This document shows, in pieces, positions 27,020-37,761 of a stretch of 64,000 nucleotides of DNA. The notes under the pieces were generated by a model that was given only the letters and a program-made list of their open reading frames with translations, searched no databases and was not told the origin of the DNA. The stretch covers positions 107,536 through 171,535 of the forward strand of contig CAWJHN010000003.1 in assembly GCA_963842725.1 (NCBI GenBank). Reading direction: 5' to 3'. The translations under genes and the position numbers were made by a program. The DNA comes from an uncultured Actinomycetes bacterium (lineage in GTDB: Bacteria; Actinomycetota; Actinomycetes; S36-B12). Positions within the stretch are counted from its first letter, which is position 1. Every line of letters begins with the position of its first letter.

Positions 27020-28405
27020 CTACCCGACATGCGCCTGCCAGGCCGCCAGCATGTCCTCGGCGAGCCGGGGTGGCGAACCCCAGGTGCCCAGCGAGTACGT
27101 GAGGTACGCCTCGTACCCTCCGCCCTCGCCGTTGAGCCTCGATCCGGCGAAGGTCTCCGTCAGCATGGCGGCCGCCTGCCCCTGCGTCAGCCGCTCACCG
27201 GCGCCGGGTGCGGGCTTCCACATGAGCCAGTACATGACCGGGTCGGTCTCGCCTTCGGCGAACGGGGGCGAGACCTCCTCCATGTCGAGCACCGTGTAGC
27301 CATGTCGCTCGTAGAACGCGATCCGACGCCGGTTGTCGCTGCCCGGGCCATCGCCCTTCGTGGGTGCCTCCACCTCCGCGAGGATCCCCAGCGGCTTCGA
27401 CACCGCAGGCGACGCCGCAGAGAGTCTCGAGAGAACCGCGTCGACCTGCGCCAGCGCTCGGGCGCCGATCTCCAGGCCTCGGTACTCCGGGCTCGTCGCG
27501 ACGTACCAGAGGTAGACGGTCCGGCTGTCCGCCAGGTACTCGAACACCAGGAGGCCCAGGAAGTGCTGCCGGTTCCAGAGGCCGAGGAACCACGGGCCGA
27601 CCTGCTCGGACTCCTTCGCGTCCGACGGGCAGGCCAACCGCACGGACGAGATGGGCCGCAGCGCGTCGGGAGGGAACGAGGACGTGAGGAGGACGTCGGC
27701 GCGCCCCCAGAAGTCATCGTCGCCGCGGGTCGCGACACGCGTCTCGACGAAGTCCGAGAGCTCACGGGCCTTGTCCATGTACATCCTGAACCAGTTGTCG
27801 TATGTGTCCCCGCTCTCCGTCGCCCGCCACGCGGCCCAGTACTCCACGTGGCTGCCGAGGTCGTGACGGATCCAGGTGTCCCAGCCGGACCACTGTCGGG
27901 ACAGGAAGCTCAGCTCCGGGGAGTCGGGATCGTCCTCCTTCCAGACGAACTCCAGCATGCGCCTGGACACAGCGTCGCCCCTGCCTCGGTCCGCGCCCCC
28001 GTACATGACCTCCGCGCGATAGAGGACGAACGCCTTCTCGGTCACCTCGAACATCAGCTCGAACAGGATGCCGTCCCGCACCCGCTCCTCGAGCGTGAGT
28101 TCGCGCGGGGGCCTCTCGTCGATGAGTCCGTAGCAGATCAGGGGGAGCGTGAACGTCGGGTTCTCGAAGAACATCTTCATGACGTCCATGTAGTGCGTGG
28201 TGATGGTCTCGTAGGCCGCCTCCTCGCGCTGGCGCTCCAGCCGGTCGGACTCCACCTCCTGCTGCCGACGCTGCATGCTCAGCTGCTTCCAGACGAACAC
28301 GACCGCGATGACGCCGAACGCCGTGATGATCGTCGCGAGGTCCGCACCCTCCTGCCACGAGTCCCACGGCATCCAGGTCTCCACGGTCCCCACTTCCGAA
28401 GCCAC
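27020..28405 (-). CDS. Fusion protein: N-terminal TM/helical domain of unknown function + C-terminal GNAT
   Basis: TM helix and Trp-rich helical domain; C-terminal YVATSPEYRGLEIG, LAEVE, RRIAFYERHG. Confidence 0.7.
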   Translation of the reverse strand: MASEVGTVETWMPWDSWQEGADLATIITAFGVIAVVFVWKQLSMQRRQQEVESDRLERQREEAAYETITTHYMDVMKMFFENPTFTLPLICYGLIDERPPRELTLEERVRDGILFELMFEVTEKAFVLYRAEVMYGGADRGRGDAVSRRMLEFVWKEDDPDSPELSFLSRQWSGWDTWIRHDLGSHVEYWAAWRATESGDTYDNWFRMYMDKARELSDFVETRVATRGDDDFWGRADVLLTSSFPPDALRPISSVRLACPSDAKESEQVGPWFLGLWNRQHFLGLLVFEYLADSRTVYLWYVATSPEYRGLEIGARALAQVDAVLSRLSAASPAVSKPLGILAEVEAPTKGDGPGSDNRRRIAFYERHGYTVLDMEEVSPPFAEGETDPVMYWLMWKPAPGAGERLTQGQAAAMLTETFAGSRLNGEGGGYEAYLTYSLGTWGSPPRLAEDMLAAWQAHVG

Positions 28406-28491
28406 TCGACGAACGTGCAGTCTCTCACGGGGATCGGACCGATCACCGGGCCAGAGAGGCCACTACGTCACCCGGTGCCTAGGCTTGGCCC

Positions 28492-29811
28492 GTGATCGAT
28501 CCCACCATCCTGCGCACCGACCCCGACCGGATTCGCGAGTCACAGCGTCGTCGCGGGGAGGACGTGGCCATCGTCGACGATCTCGTCGCGGCCGACGTCG
28601 CCAAGCGCTCGCTGCAGGTGGCGTTCGACGAGCTGCGCAATCGGCAGAAGCAGCTCGGCAAGCGCATCGGTCCGTTGCAGGGCGCCCTTCGGACGGCGTC
28701 CGACGAGGCGGAGCGCGCAGCCACGCAAGCCGAGCTCGACGAGCTCATGCGCGAAGCCCACGCACTTGCCGACCAGGTCAAGGAGGCCGAGCGGGCGGCC
28801 GGCGAGGCCGGGGAGGCCGTCGACTCCCTCTGGCTCAGGGTGTCCAACCTCGTCAATCTCGAGTCCCCCGTGGGCGGAGAGGACGCCTTCGTCGTCCTCG
28901 AGCACGTCGGCACGCCACGCGACTTCACCGCCGAGGGCTTCCCGCCCAGGGACCACCTGGAGATCGGCGAGCGGCTCGGCGCCATCGACGTCGAGCGGGG
29001 CGCGAAGGTCTCCGGCTCGCGGTTCTTCTACCTCAAGGGCCAAGGCGCCCAGCTGGAGTTCGCCCTTCTCAACCTCGCCATGCAGCAGGCCGCGGCCAAC
29101 GGGCTGACGCCGATGATCACGCCGAGCCTCGTGCTCCCCAGCGCGATGGAGGGCACGGGATTCCTTGGGCAGGCCGCCGAGAACGTCTACCGCGTCGAGG
29201 CAGACGACCTCTACCTCGTCGGCACCTCCGAGGTGCCGCTCGCCGCCTACCACTCGGACGAGATCATCGATGCCGCCGAGCTGCCCCTGCGCTACGCGGG
29301 GTGGTCCAGCTGCTACCGGCGCGAGGCGGGGTCCTACGGCAAGGACACCCGCGGCATCATCCGGGTCCACCAGTTCGACAAGGTCGAGATGTTCGTCTTC
29401 TGCCGACCTGAGGACGCGGAGGCCGAGCACGCACGCCTGCTGTCCTGGGAGAAGCAGTTCGTCGATGCACTCGACATCCCCTACCGGGTCATCGACGTGG
29501 CCACCGGGGACCTCGGCTCGAGCGCCGCACGCAAGTTCGACATGGAGGCCTGGATCCCGACTCAGGGCGCCTACCGCGAGATCACGTCGACCTCCAACAC
29601 CACCGAGTTCCAGGCCCGCCGACTGCGGATCCGGATGCGCGACGGCGAGCAGGTGCGCCCCCTGGCGACCCTCAACGGCACGCTCTGCGCGATGCCCCGC
29701 ATCATCGTCGCCATCCTGGAGAACCACCAGCAGCCCGACGGGAGCGTTCGCATCCCCGCTGCGCTGCAGCCGTTCCTCGGTGGCCGTACCGAGCTCACGC
29801 CCCCGTCATGA
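28492..29811 (+). CDS. serS: Serine--tRNA ligase
   Basis: N-terminal coiled coil, [41 protein letters not shown]. Confidence 0.97.
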   Translation: MIDPTILRTDPDRIRESQRRRGEDVAIVDDLVAADVAKRSLQVAFDELRNRQKQLGKRIGPLQGALRTASDEAERAATQAELDELMREAHALADQVKEAERAAGEAGEAVDSLWLRVSNLVNLESPVGGEDAFVVLEHVGTPRDFTAEGFPPRDHLEIGERLGAIDVERGAKVSGSRFFYLKGQGAQLEFALLNLAMQQAAANGLTPMITPSLVLPSAMEGTGFLGQAAENVYRVEADDLYLVGTSEVPLAAYHSDEIIDAAELPLRYAGWSSCYRREAGSYGKDTRGIIRVHQFDKVEMFVFCRPEDAEAEHARLLSWEKQFVDALDIPYRVIDVATGDLGSSAARKFDMEAWIPTQGAYREITSTSNTTEFQARRLRIRMRDGEQVRPLATLNGTLCAMPRIIVAILENHQQPDGSVRIPAALQPFLGGRTELTPPS

Positions 29812-30614
29812 GAGCGGTCGCGCACATCCCGGAGGGCTTCGTCCCGCAGTTGATCGCGCTCGACGTCGACGACACCCTCGTCCAGCATCTGGGCGGGGTC
29901 TCCGAGCGGGTGGTCGAGTCGATCGAGCGCGTGCGGGCCGCTGGCGTCGAGGTCACCATCGCCACCGGGCGCACTCCCTCGACGACGATCCCCGTCGCGC
30001 GCGCCGCCGGCATCGATGGACTGGTGGTGTGCAGCAACGGCGCGCTCCTGGTGAGCGTCGAGACCGAGGCGACCGTGGAGTCCGTGACCTTCGACCCGCG
30101 CCCGGTGCTCGAGGAGCTGAGGCAGCACCTGCCTCGCGCCGTCTTCGCCGTCGAGGACGTGCACGGCATGTTCCGCACGACGCGGCTGTTCCCGACCGGA
30201 CCCCTCGCCATGGCGATCCGGGAGGTGCCGTTCGAGCACCTGCTCGAGGAGCCGATCGTGCGACTCGTGGTACGCAGCGAGGACCACGTCGACGAGGGCT
30301 TCGGCGCCGTCGTCGAGAAGCTCGGATACCAGTCCGTCATCTACGGCGTGGCCGACGTCGCCTGGATGGACGTCGGGCCGAAGGGGTCGAACAAGGCAAC
30401 GATGCTGCAGCGACTGTGCGAGCGACGCGGCTACGACCCGGCCCGCACGATCGCCATCGGGGACTCGTGGAACGACACGGCGATGCTGCGCTGGGCGGGC
30501 CTCGGGGTGGCGATGGACACCGCTCCCGACTCGGTCAAGGCCGCCGCGAACACCGTCACCGCCGGCACCCCGGGCGACGGTGTCGCGGACGTCCTGGACG
30601 CCCTCGTCCTCTAG
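29808..30614 (+). CDS. Cof-type HAD hydrolase
   Basis: [24 protein letters not shown]. Confidence 0.88.
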   Translation: MRAVAHIPEGFVPQLIALDVDDTLVQHLGGVSERVVESIERVRAAGVEVTIATGRTPSTTIPVARAAGIDGLVVCSNGALLVSVETEATVESVTFDPRPVLEELRQHLPRAVFAVEDVHGMFRTTRLFPTGPLAMAIREVPFEHLLEEPIVRLVVRSEDHVDEGFGAVVEKLGYQSVIYGVADVAWMDVGPKGSNKATMLQRLCERRGYDPARTIAIGDSWNDTAMLRWAGLGVAMDTAPDSVKAAANTVTAGTPGDGVADVLDALVL

Positions 30615-30639
30615 GCGCCCCCGGCGGAGACCGGCAGCC

Positions 30640-31500
30640 CTACGGCGCGATCCCGTCCGCGAAGGCCGTGGCCAGCGCCTCGCGCCAGTCGCGCATCTCT
30701 GACATGCCCGCCTGCGGCCATCGATCGTGGCCGAGCACCGAGTACGCGGGTCGCGGCGCGGGCCGGGTGAACTCAGCCGACGTGGTCGGGAGCACGCGTG
30801 CCGGATCCGCCCCCGCGAGCCGGAAGATCTCCTGGGTGAAGCCGTACCAGGTGGTTGCTCCCGAGTTCGTGCCGTGGAACGTGCCGGGGTCCGGATGCCG
30901 CTCCATCAGCCGCACGATCTGCTGTGCCAGGTCGCGCGAGTAGGTGGGCTGGCCCCACTGGTCGTCGACCACCGAGACCGTGTCGCGCTCCTGCTCGAGC
31001 CGGAGCATCGTCTTGACGAAGTTGCTGCCGTTGCGGCCGTACAGCCAGGCGGTGCGCACGATGAAGTGCGAGTCCGGCAGCACCTCGCGGACGGCATCCT
31101 CGCCGGCCAGCTTGGTGCGCCCGTAGGCCGTTCGCGGATCCGGTGTCGCATCCTCCGCGTACGGCTCGGCGGCCTCCCCGTCGAAGACGTAGTCGGTCGA
31201 GATGTGCACCAGCCAGGCAGACGCCTTGTGGCACTCCTGCGCGATGACCCGCGGTCCCAGGCCGTTGACCCGAAGGGCGGCCGCCTCGTTCGCCTCCGCG
31301 TCGTCGACCGCGGTCCATGCCGCGCAGTTGACGACGAAGTCCGGGTCGAATCCGCCGAACACCAGTTCGACCGACACCGGGTCGGTGATGTCGATGTCGG
31401 GCAGGTCGAGTCCCAGGACGGCCAGCCCACGGTTCTGCTGCAGCGTCTCGACCAGATCGGACCCCAACTGACCGTTGCTGCCGATCACCAGTACGCGCAT
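30640..31500 (-). CDS. rfbD: dTDP-4-dehydrorhamnose reductase
   Basis: GSNGQLG, NCAAWTAVD, ISTDYVFDG, YGRTKLAGE, PRPAYS. Confidence 0.95.
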   Translation of the reverse strand: MRVLVIGSNGQLGSDLVETLQQNRGLAVLGLDLPDIDITDPVSVELVFGGFDPDFVVNCAAWTAVDDAEANEAAALRVNGLGPRVIAQECHKASAWLVHISTDYVFDGEAAEPYAEDATPDPRTAYGRTKLAGEDAVREVLPDSHFIVRTAWLYGRNGSNFVKTMLRLEQERDTVSVVDDQWGQPTYSRDLAQQIVRLMERHPDPGTFHGTNSGATTWYGFTQEIFRLAGADPARVLPTTSAEFTRPAPRPAYSVLGHDRWPQAGMSEMRDWREALATAFADGIAP

Positions 31501-31534
31501 GTGCCTACTCTGTCAGGCGAGCGGCGGGTAGCGG

Positions 31535-32515
31535 CTATGAGATGGCAGCCTTCGCCTTGAGCGGGCGCCACCACGCCTCGTTGGCCCGGTACCAGGCCAC
31601 CGTCTCGGCGAGGCCCTCATCGAACCTGTGCTGCGGGGCATAGCCGAGCGCGCGCAGCTTGGCGTCGTTGACCGAGTAGCGCCGATCATGGCCCTTGCGG
31701 TCCTCGACCGGCGTGACCGCGGTCCAGTCGGCGCCCATCGCCGCGAGCACGCGTTCGGTGAGCTCGCGGTTGGTCAGCTCGAGGCCGCCGCCGATGTTGT
31801 AGCTCTCGCCCGGCCCACCCTTCTCGACCACGAGGGCGATACCGCGGCAGTGGTCGTCGACGTGCAGCCAGTCGCGGACGTTGAGCCCGTCGCCGTACAG
31901 CGGCACCGAGCCCCCGTCGATCAGGTTGGTGACGAAGAGCGGGATGACCTTCTCGGGGAATTGGTACGGCCCGTAGTTGTTCGAGCAGCGGGTGCTCGAG
32001 ACGTTGAGGCCGTACGTGACGTGGTAGGCCCGCACCAGCATCTCGGCGGCCGCCTTGGCCGCCGAGTACGGCGAGTTCGGCCGCAGCGGCTCGTCCTCGT
32101 CCCAGGAGCCCTCGTCGATGGATCCGTAGACCTCGTCGGTGCCGATGTGGACCGTTCGCGGGATGCCGTGGCGCAGGCAGGCGTCGAGGATGGTCTGGGT
32201 GCCGACGACGTTGGTGATGATGAAGTCCTGCGGACCGCTGATCGACCGGTCGACGTGGGTCTCGGCGGCGAAGTTGACGACGACATCGTGGCCCGGCAGC
32301 ACCTGGTCGAGCAGGGTCCCGTCGCAGATGTCGCCCTGTACGAAGGAGAAGCGCGGGTCGGACGACACCGACGCCAGGTTCTCGAGGTTGCCCGCGTACG
32401 TGAGCTTGTCGTACACCGTGACGCCGGTCGGCTCCGCGCCGTAGGCGCCGGTCATCAGCTCACGGACGAAGTGGGACCCGATGAACCCGGCCGCCCCGGT
32501 GACGAAGTACCTCAC
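31535..32515 (-). CDS. rfbB: dTDP-glucose 4,6-dehydratase
   Basis: TGAAGFIGS, DKLTYAG, AAETHVDRSI, TDEVYGS, YSAAK, SNNYGPYQFPEK. Confidence 0.95.
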   Translation of the reverse strand: MRYFVTGAAGFIGSHFVRELMTGAYGAEPTGVTVYDKLTYAGNLENLASVSSDPRFSFVQGDICDGTLLDQVLPGHDVVVNFAAETHVDRSISGPQDFIITNVVGTQTILDACLRHGIPRTVHIGTDEVYGSIDEGSWDEDEPLRPNSPYSAAKAAAEMLVRAYHVTYGLNVSSTRCSNNYGPYQFPEKVIPLFVTNLIDGGSVPLYGDGLNVRDWLHVDDHCRGIALVVEKGGPGESYNIGGGLELTNRELTERVLAAMGADWTAVTPVEDRKGHDRRYSVNDAKLRALGYAPQHRFDEGLAETVAWYRANEAWWRPLKAKAAIS

Positions 32516-33441
32516 AGGTTGCTCCCTTTCAGCTTGTCCAGCCATTGCTGGGCGTCGGCGAAGTCCGCGTCGGTGACACCCGGGCGCAGGACGGGCTGCT
32601 TGCCGTCATGGCGCGGGTACGAGCCGAGGAACCGGACGTCGAGGCACACGCGGTGCAGGCCCATGAGCGCCTCCGAGACGCGGGAGTCCGCCACGTGGCC
32701 CTCGAGGTCGACGCTGAAGAAGTAGTCGCCGAGGGCCTTGCGGGTGGGGCGGGACTCGATCCGGGTGAGGTTGACGCCTCGCACGGCGAACTCGTTCAGG
32801 ATCGCCATCAGCGCCCCCGGCTGGTCGAGGCGCATGAACAGGCTGAGCGTGGTCTTGTCCGCCCCGGTGGGCGATGGGATGGCCCCGGGCTTGCGGACGA
32901 GGACGAACCGGGTGGTGGCCTCCTCCGTGTCGCCGATGTTCTCGGCGAGGACGTCGAGGCCGTACCGGTCGGCTGCCAGGCGGGGCGCCACCGCCGCGTC
33001 GAAGGGCGCCGGCACCTGCAGGAGGGCCTCGGCGGCACCGGCAGTGGACGTGGCAGGGATGACCGTGGCATCGGGCAGCATCTCGGCCAGGTAGCGGCGC
33101 ACCTGCGCGAGGGCGTGCGGATGCGAGGCGAGGCTGCGCACCGCGGCCATGCCGGTTCCGGGGCGGGCCATGAGAGCGAAGCGCACGGGCAGGGCGACCT
33201 CGTCGACGATGACCAGTCGCCGGCCGTTCGCCAGTTCGTCGAGGGTGACCGAGACCGATCCCTCGACCGAGTTCTCGATCGGGATCAGCGCCGACCCGAC
33301 CTCGTCCGCGCGGACCGCATCGATGGCCGCCTGGACGGACAGGGCGGGGATGTGCTCCGAGCCCTCGGACGCGGGCATCGACAGGAGCGCCGCCTCGCAG
33401 AAGGTGCCGCGAGGTCCGAGGTAGGCGATCCGCGGGGTCAC
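32512..33441 (-). CDS. pheA: Prephenate dehydratase
   Basis: AYLGPRGTF, PIENSVEGSV, TRF, ACT domain DQPGAL, LTRIESRP, FLGSYP. Confidence 0.95.
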   Translation of the reverse strand: MTPRIAYLGPRGTFCEAALLSMPASEGSEHIPALSVQAAIDAVRADEVGSALIPIENSVEGSVSVTLDELANGRRLVIVDEVALPVRFALMARPGTGMAAVRSLASHPHALAQVRRYLAEMLPDATVIPATSTAGAAEALLQVPAPFDAAVAPRLAADRYGLDVLAENIGDTEEATTRFVLVRKPGAIPSPTGADKTTLSLFMRLDQPGALMAILNEFAVRGVNLTRIESRPTRKALGDYFFSVDLEGHVADSRVSEALMGLHRVCLDVRFLGSYPRHDGKQPVLRPGVTDADFADAQQWLDKLKGSNL

Positions 33442-33929
33442 GTGTCGACCCCTCTCGCCAGTCGTACCGCCTGCAGCTCCTCCGGGGAGAGGGTGATGTC
33501 GCTGTCGCCGCCGGACAGTCCCTTGAGGTAGGTGCGCGTCTCGCTGCGGGCGTGGATGGAGGTGATCACCAGGCCGTCGCCGGAGTCGTCCAGCAGGGCG
33601 GCCGAGAACGAGTACCGCCCGCCCATGTCGCCGAAGGCGTCGTACCGGACCACGGAGACGTGCCGAAGCGCGGCCGCAAGGTCCCGGCGCGTGGCGGACA
33701 GGGCGCTCTCGAGGCTGAGCACCTCGTCGCGCAGTTCGCCGAACTCGTTCATCGTCCGGCCCATGACGTCGACGATGGTCTCGCGGCCCTCGGCCACCTG
33801 GAGCAGTTCGTACGCCCGGTTGAGCTTCGACAGCCTGGTAAGGGCATAGGCACCCAGGGCGACGCCGACGGCGCCGATGGCGATGCCGACCAGCGCTACG
33901 ACCAGCGCCGCCTGGGGGTCCGAAGTCAC
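33438..33929 (-). CDS. DUF4446 family protein
   Basis: TM helix, coiled coil, VVRYDAFGDMGG..SFS.ALLD..GDG, LSPEE; TACGCT 6 nt before GTG 33929. Confidence 0.8.
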   Translation of the reverse strand: MTSDPQAALVVALVGIAIGAVGVALGAYALTRLSKLNRAYELLQVAEGRETIVDVMGRTMNEFGELRDEVLSLESALSATRRDLAAALRHVSVVRYDAFGDMGGRYSFSAALLDDSGDGLVITSIHARSETRTYLKGLSGGDSDITLSPEELQAVRLARGVDT

Positions 33930-33967
33930 GACCTGAGCGTAGTAGGCCGGTGTGGGACCATCTGCGA

Positions 33968-35275
33968 GTGTCACAACTGATGGCGGACGTGCTGTCCCGC
34001 GGAGCCGCCAGCCTCGCCGGCGCGCTCCTCATCGTCGCCACCACGGTCAGCCTCATGCGAACCGTCGTGATCCCCCGGTCCCTCCGCTCAGCCATCGCCG
34101 ACACGGTCGCCGGGGCCGTCATCTGGGTGACGGGGAGCCTGGCCCGGCTGCGCCGCACGTACCAGGGACGCGACACCGTGCTGGCCTGGGCCGGACCGTC
34201 GATCATCATCCTGCAACTGCTGACCTGGCTGTTCCTCTACATGATCGCTTACGGCCTGCTCATCTTCGGCGTCAGCGGCATGGACGTCGGCAACGCGATC
34301 CGCCAGTCGGGCTCGAGCCTGCTCACCCTGGGCTTCGCAGCCGTCAACACCGAGAACCAGACGATCATCGACTTCTTCGCCGCGGCCACCGGCCCGATCG
34401 TCATCGCCATGCTCATCGGCTTCCTCCCCACCATCTACTCGGCGTACCTGGAGCGGGAGACCGACATCGCGATGCTCGCCGCCGAGGCGGGCGAACCGAC
34501 CTGGGGTCCGGAGCTGCTGGCGCGCCGGGCCATGTCGGACACGCTCGACACGCTGCCCGACACGTTCGCCGGGTGGGCGCGCTGGTCGGCCCGACTGCGC
34601 ATGACGCACGTGACGTACCCGGTTCTCGTGTGGGTTCGCTCGGCGCGCGCCGACCGCCACTACGTGGTGGCCCTGATCGCCGTCATGGACGCGGCCGCGC
34701 TGCGCCTCGCGCTCACCTCCTCACCCCGCCGGTCGGAGGCCTTCGCGCTGCTCCTGCAGGGAGGCCAGGCCCTCGAGGTCCTCTACGTCTTCCTGTTCGC
34801 CAGGCGCGGCTGGAGCGACCGGCTGCCCTTCGCCGACCGCTTCGCCGGTCGGCGCGGCGATCTCGCGCGTTCGTCACCCCTTCCCGGCTGGGAGCGCAGC
34901 ATGCTCGCCATCCAGCAGGCATCGGACATCGACGCGATCCGCACCCTCGACCGCCGCTCCTCGGCCGCGCTGGCCGAGGGCGAGCAGCACCCGCTGTCAC
35001 TGACGCGTGCGGAGTTCGACGCGGCCGTCGACCACCTGATCCGGTCCGGGTACCCGGTCGACCGAGACCGCGACGAGGCGTGGGAGCAGTTCCGCGTCAC
35101 CCGGGTTCGCTATGAATTCGCCGCCTACGAGCTGTGCCGCCGGCTCGACGCCGCACCCGCGCCCTGGTCCGGTGGCCGACGCCAGAGCACACCCGTGATG
35201 TGGCCGACCCTGGCAATCGACATCCTGGGCGACGACCACGCCACCGAGACGGGTGACGGGACGTCCGACTCGTGA
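33968..35275 (+). CDS. Ion-channel-like membrane protein
   Basis: N-terminal TM helices with pore-like SGSSLLTLGF; IGFLPTIYSAY..RE and H..YP.L motifs; start may be 33980. Confidence 0.6.
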   Translation: MSQLMADVLSRGAASLAGALLIVATTVSLMRTVVIPRSLRSAIADTVAGAVIWVTGSLARLRRTYQGRDTVLAWAGPSIIILQLLTWLFLYMIAYGLLIFGVSGMDVGNAIRQSGSSLLTLGFAAVNTENQTIIDFFAAATGPIVIAMLIGFLPTIYSAYLERETDIAMLAAEAGEPTWGPELLARRAMSDTLDTLPDTFAGWARWSARLRMTHVTYPVLVWVRSARADRHYVVALIAVMDAAALRLALTSSPRRSEAFALLLQGGQALEVLYVFLFARRGWSDRLPFADRFAGRRGDLARSSPLPGWERSMLAIQQASDIDAIRTLDRRSSAALAEGEQHPLSLTRAEFDAAVDHLIRSGYPVDRDRDEAWEQFRVTRVRYEFAAYELCRRLDAAPAPWSGGRRQSTPVMWPTLAIDILGDDHATETGDGTSDS

Positions 35276-35898
35276 TCGACCTCGCCGTCGTGCTGACGAC
35301 GTTCGCCCTCATCTTCCCGGCGGAACTGCCGGACAAGACCTTCATCGCGACCCTCGTGCTTGCCACCCGGTTCCGGCATCTGTGGGTCTGGCTCGGCGTC
35401 ATCAGCGCCTTCGCCGTCCAGGTGCTCATCGCCGTCACCGCCGGCGGACTCCTCGCCCTGGCCCCGCAGCGACTGGTCCTGGCCGTGACGTTCACGCTGT
35501 TCGCCATCGGCGCGGTCGTCATGATCCGCGGGGGGCTCGCGTCCCGTGCCGCCGAGCAGGCCCAGGAGGACGACGAGCAGGCCGAGGTCGACAGCAGGGC
35601 GGCCGCCCAGAACCCCACCTCGGCGTGGAAGGTCTACGCCACGAGCTTCGTCATCCTCTTCACGGCCGAGTGGGGCGACCTGAGCCAGTTGCTGACGGCC
35701 GGGCTCGCGGCCCGGACGGACGATCCCGTGTCGGTGTTCATCGGATCGTGGACCGCGCTGGCCGTCGTGTCCGGGCTCGCGGTGCTGGTCGGCAGCTGGC
35801 TGCGCAGTCGCGTGCCCATCTGGCGGATCCGCCTGGTCTCCGGCGGCATCCTGACTGCGCTGGCCGTCTGGACCGCCGTGGAGCTCGTCCGCGGCTGA
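35272..35898 (+). CDS. TMEM165/GDT1 (UPF0016) Mn/Ca exchanger
   Basis: Two motif copies, AELPDKT and AEWGDLSQ. Confidence 0.9.
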   Translation: MIDLAVVLTTFALIFPAELPDKTFIATLVLATRFRHLWVWLGVISAFAVQVLIAVTAGGLLALAPQRLVLAVTFTLFAIGAVVMIRGGLASRAAEQAQEDDEQAEVDSRAAAQNPTSAWKVYATSFVILFTAEWGDLSQLLTAGLAARTDDPVSVFIGSWTALAVVSGLAVLVGSWLRSRVPIWRIRLVSGGILTALAVWTAVELVRG

Positions 35899-35907
35899 TC
35901 CCGACTG

Positions 35908-36882
35908 CTAGCGCAGCGTCACCTGGCGGGTCGTCAGCCCGGCACGGGCGCGGCGCTGAGCGTCGGTCAGGGGGGACGAGTCGGCCAGGGCAGCCGTCAG
36001 GCGCACCCCGAAGGCGGCCGCCGGCTCCTCGATCGCCGCTGCGCCAGTGCCAAGCGGCAGGTCCCACACCGGGCAGACCAGCCCCTGCGCGCGGAACATC
36101 CCGACGAACCGGGTCCCCTCCCCCAACGAGTCCTCGCCCGCCGCATGCAGGCGGCCGAGGGCATTGAGCAGGGGCTCCTCGTCGTGCGGCATGACCCAGC
36201 GCAGGTGCTCCTTCTCGCCGATCTGCGTCCAGTACGCGGAGGGGACGCCGGCGAGCTTGACCGTCGGGTGCGCGTAGGCGCTGGCTCGGTCGAGGGAGGC
36301 GCGCACGTCGTCGTTCAGACCCTCGGCGTCGTCGACCCAGAACTCGAAGCTGTCGTAGACGGTCACGTCGAGAGCCTGCTCGACGTCGACGAGGTCCTGC
36401 AGGCGCGGCGAGTCCGCGGTCACGCGACCCAGCGGAACGGGCTCGCCGGGCTCGGCGGCGAGGGCACCGAGCAGGGCATCGGCCAGGTCACGGCTGGCGT
36501 CGCCGGATCCGACATTGACCTGCAGGGCGAGCATGATCGCGCCATCCGCGCGGACGAGGGCCGGCCAGGCCATGGGCAGGACCGTCACGAGCGTCACGAC
36601 GCGATCGGCGTGCTCCCCCAGCAGCGAGAGCCGGGCCGACGCGGCCGGCACGATCTCGCGCATCGCCACGATGTCGCACTCGGAGGCGAAGCCGGCGAAG
36701 GGCCGGGCCGGGCCGCTGAAGGCCGCGGCGGCCGCCTTGCCGTGGCATGCCTTGTAGCGACGCCCGGATCCGCACGGGCAGGGCTCGCGCATCCCGACGA
36801 CGGGCAGGTCGGCACCCGTCGCTGCGCTCGGGGCCGCCACGGGGGCGCCGCCGCTCCGGCGTGTCGCGTTCTTCTTTGACAT
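35908..36882 (-). CDS. SEC-C motif protein (actinobacterial DUF5926-like)
   Basis: CPCGSGRRYKACHG; C-terminal FRAQGLVCPVWDL and RQVTLR. Confidence 0.75.
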   Translation of the reverse strand: MSKKNATRRSGGAPVAAPSAATGADLPVVGMREPCPCGSGRRYKACHGKAAAAAFSGPARPFAGFASECDIVAMREIVPAASARLSLLGEHADRVVTLVTVLPMAWPALVRADGAIMLALQVNVGSGDASRDLADALLGALAAEPGEPVPLGRVTADSPRLQDLVDVEQALDVTVYDSFEFWVDDAEGLNDDVRASLDRASAYAHPTVKLAGVPSAYWTQIGEKEHLRWVMPHDEEPLLNALGRLHAAGEDSLGEGTRFVGMFRAQGLVCPVWDLPLGTGAAAIEEPAAAFGVRLTAALADSSPLTDAQRRARAGLTTRQVTLR

Positions 36883-36891
36883 GGCCGCAAC

Positions 36892-37689
36892 CTACCGGCT
36901 GAGCATCCCCAGCACCCGTCCCGGGCGGTTGGTGATGATGGCATCCACCCCGAGGGCGACGCACAGTTCGACGTCCTCACGGTCGTCCACGGTCCACACG
37001 TGCACCTGGCCGCCGCGAGCGCGGACCCGCGACACGTAGTGCGGATAGGCGCGGACGATGTCGATCGACGGCCCCGCGATGCCCACGCCCTCCGGGAGCG
37101 ACCCGTCACGGTACCGGCGGGGCACGTCGTCCATCAGGTAGACGGTCCGCAGCGCCGGCGCGAGGTCGGCGACCCGGCGCACGGCGACCCGGCTGAAGGA
37201 CATCACCCGTGCCCGGGGCACCCCGCCGCCGTTGGGCCGAGTGAGGCCGAACCGGTTCAGCAGGTCGATGAGGGTGTCCTCGACGTACTTGCCATACCGG
37301 GTGGGGTGCTTGGTCTCGATGGCGAACTGCACGGTCGGGGAGGCGTCGAGCATGGTCGCGAGCAGGGTCTGCAGGGTCAGCACCGACGTGCGCGTCTCGT
37401 CCGGCGCGGGATCCTCGAAGTCCCGCCACACGTCCGGTCCGCCGCTGTAGTCGAAGGCGGACAGCTCCTCCAGGGTATGGGAGCTGACCGACCCCCGCCC
37501 GGTGCTGGTGCGGTCGATGCGGCGATCGTGGACGCAGACCAGGACGCCGTCCTCGGTCAGGCGGACATCGCACTCGATCGCGTCGGCCCCCTGCTCGACG
37601 GCCAGCAGGTACGCCGCCAGAGAATGCTCGGGCTCCTCGTCGTTGGCGCCTCGATGCGCGACGACCTGGACGCGCCCCTCGCCTGTCAC
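36892..37689 (-). CDS. Glycerophosphodiester phosphodiesterase
   Basis: AHRGA, ECDVRLT, HDRRIDRT, IETKHP, WTVD, ITNRP. Confidence 0.9.
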   Translation of the reverse strand: MTGEGRVQVVAHRGANDEEPEHSLAAYLLAVEQGADAIECDVRLTEDGVLVCVHDRRIDRTSTGRGSVSSHTLEELSAFDYSGGPDVWRDFEDPAPDETRTSVLTLQTLLATMLDASPTVQFAIETKHPTRYGKYVEDTLIDLLNRFGLTRPNGGGVPRARVMSFSRVAVRRVADLAPALRTVYLMDDVPRRYRDGSLPEGVGIAGPSIDIVRAYPHYVSRVRARGGQVHVWTVDDREDVELCVALGVDAIITNRPGRVLGMLSR

Positions 37690-37761
37690 GCGCAAAGCGT
37701 AGGGGCCGACGGCGGGCGGCCGCGCGTCGGAGCGACGAACGTCATGTGACATATTCGCGAC

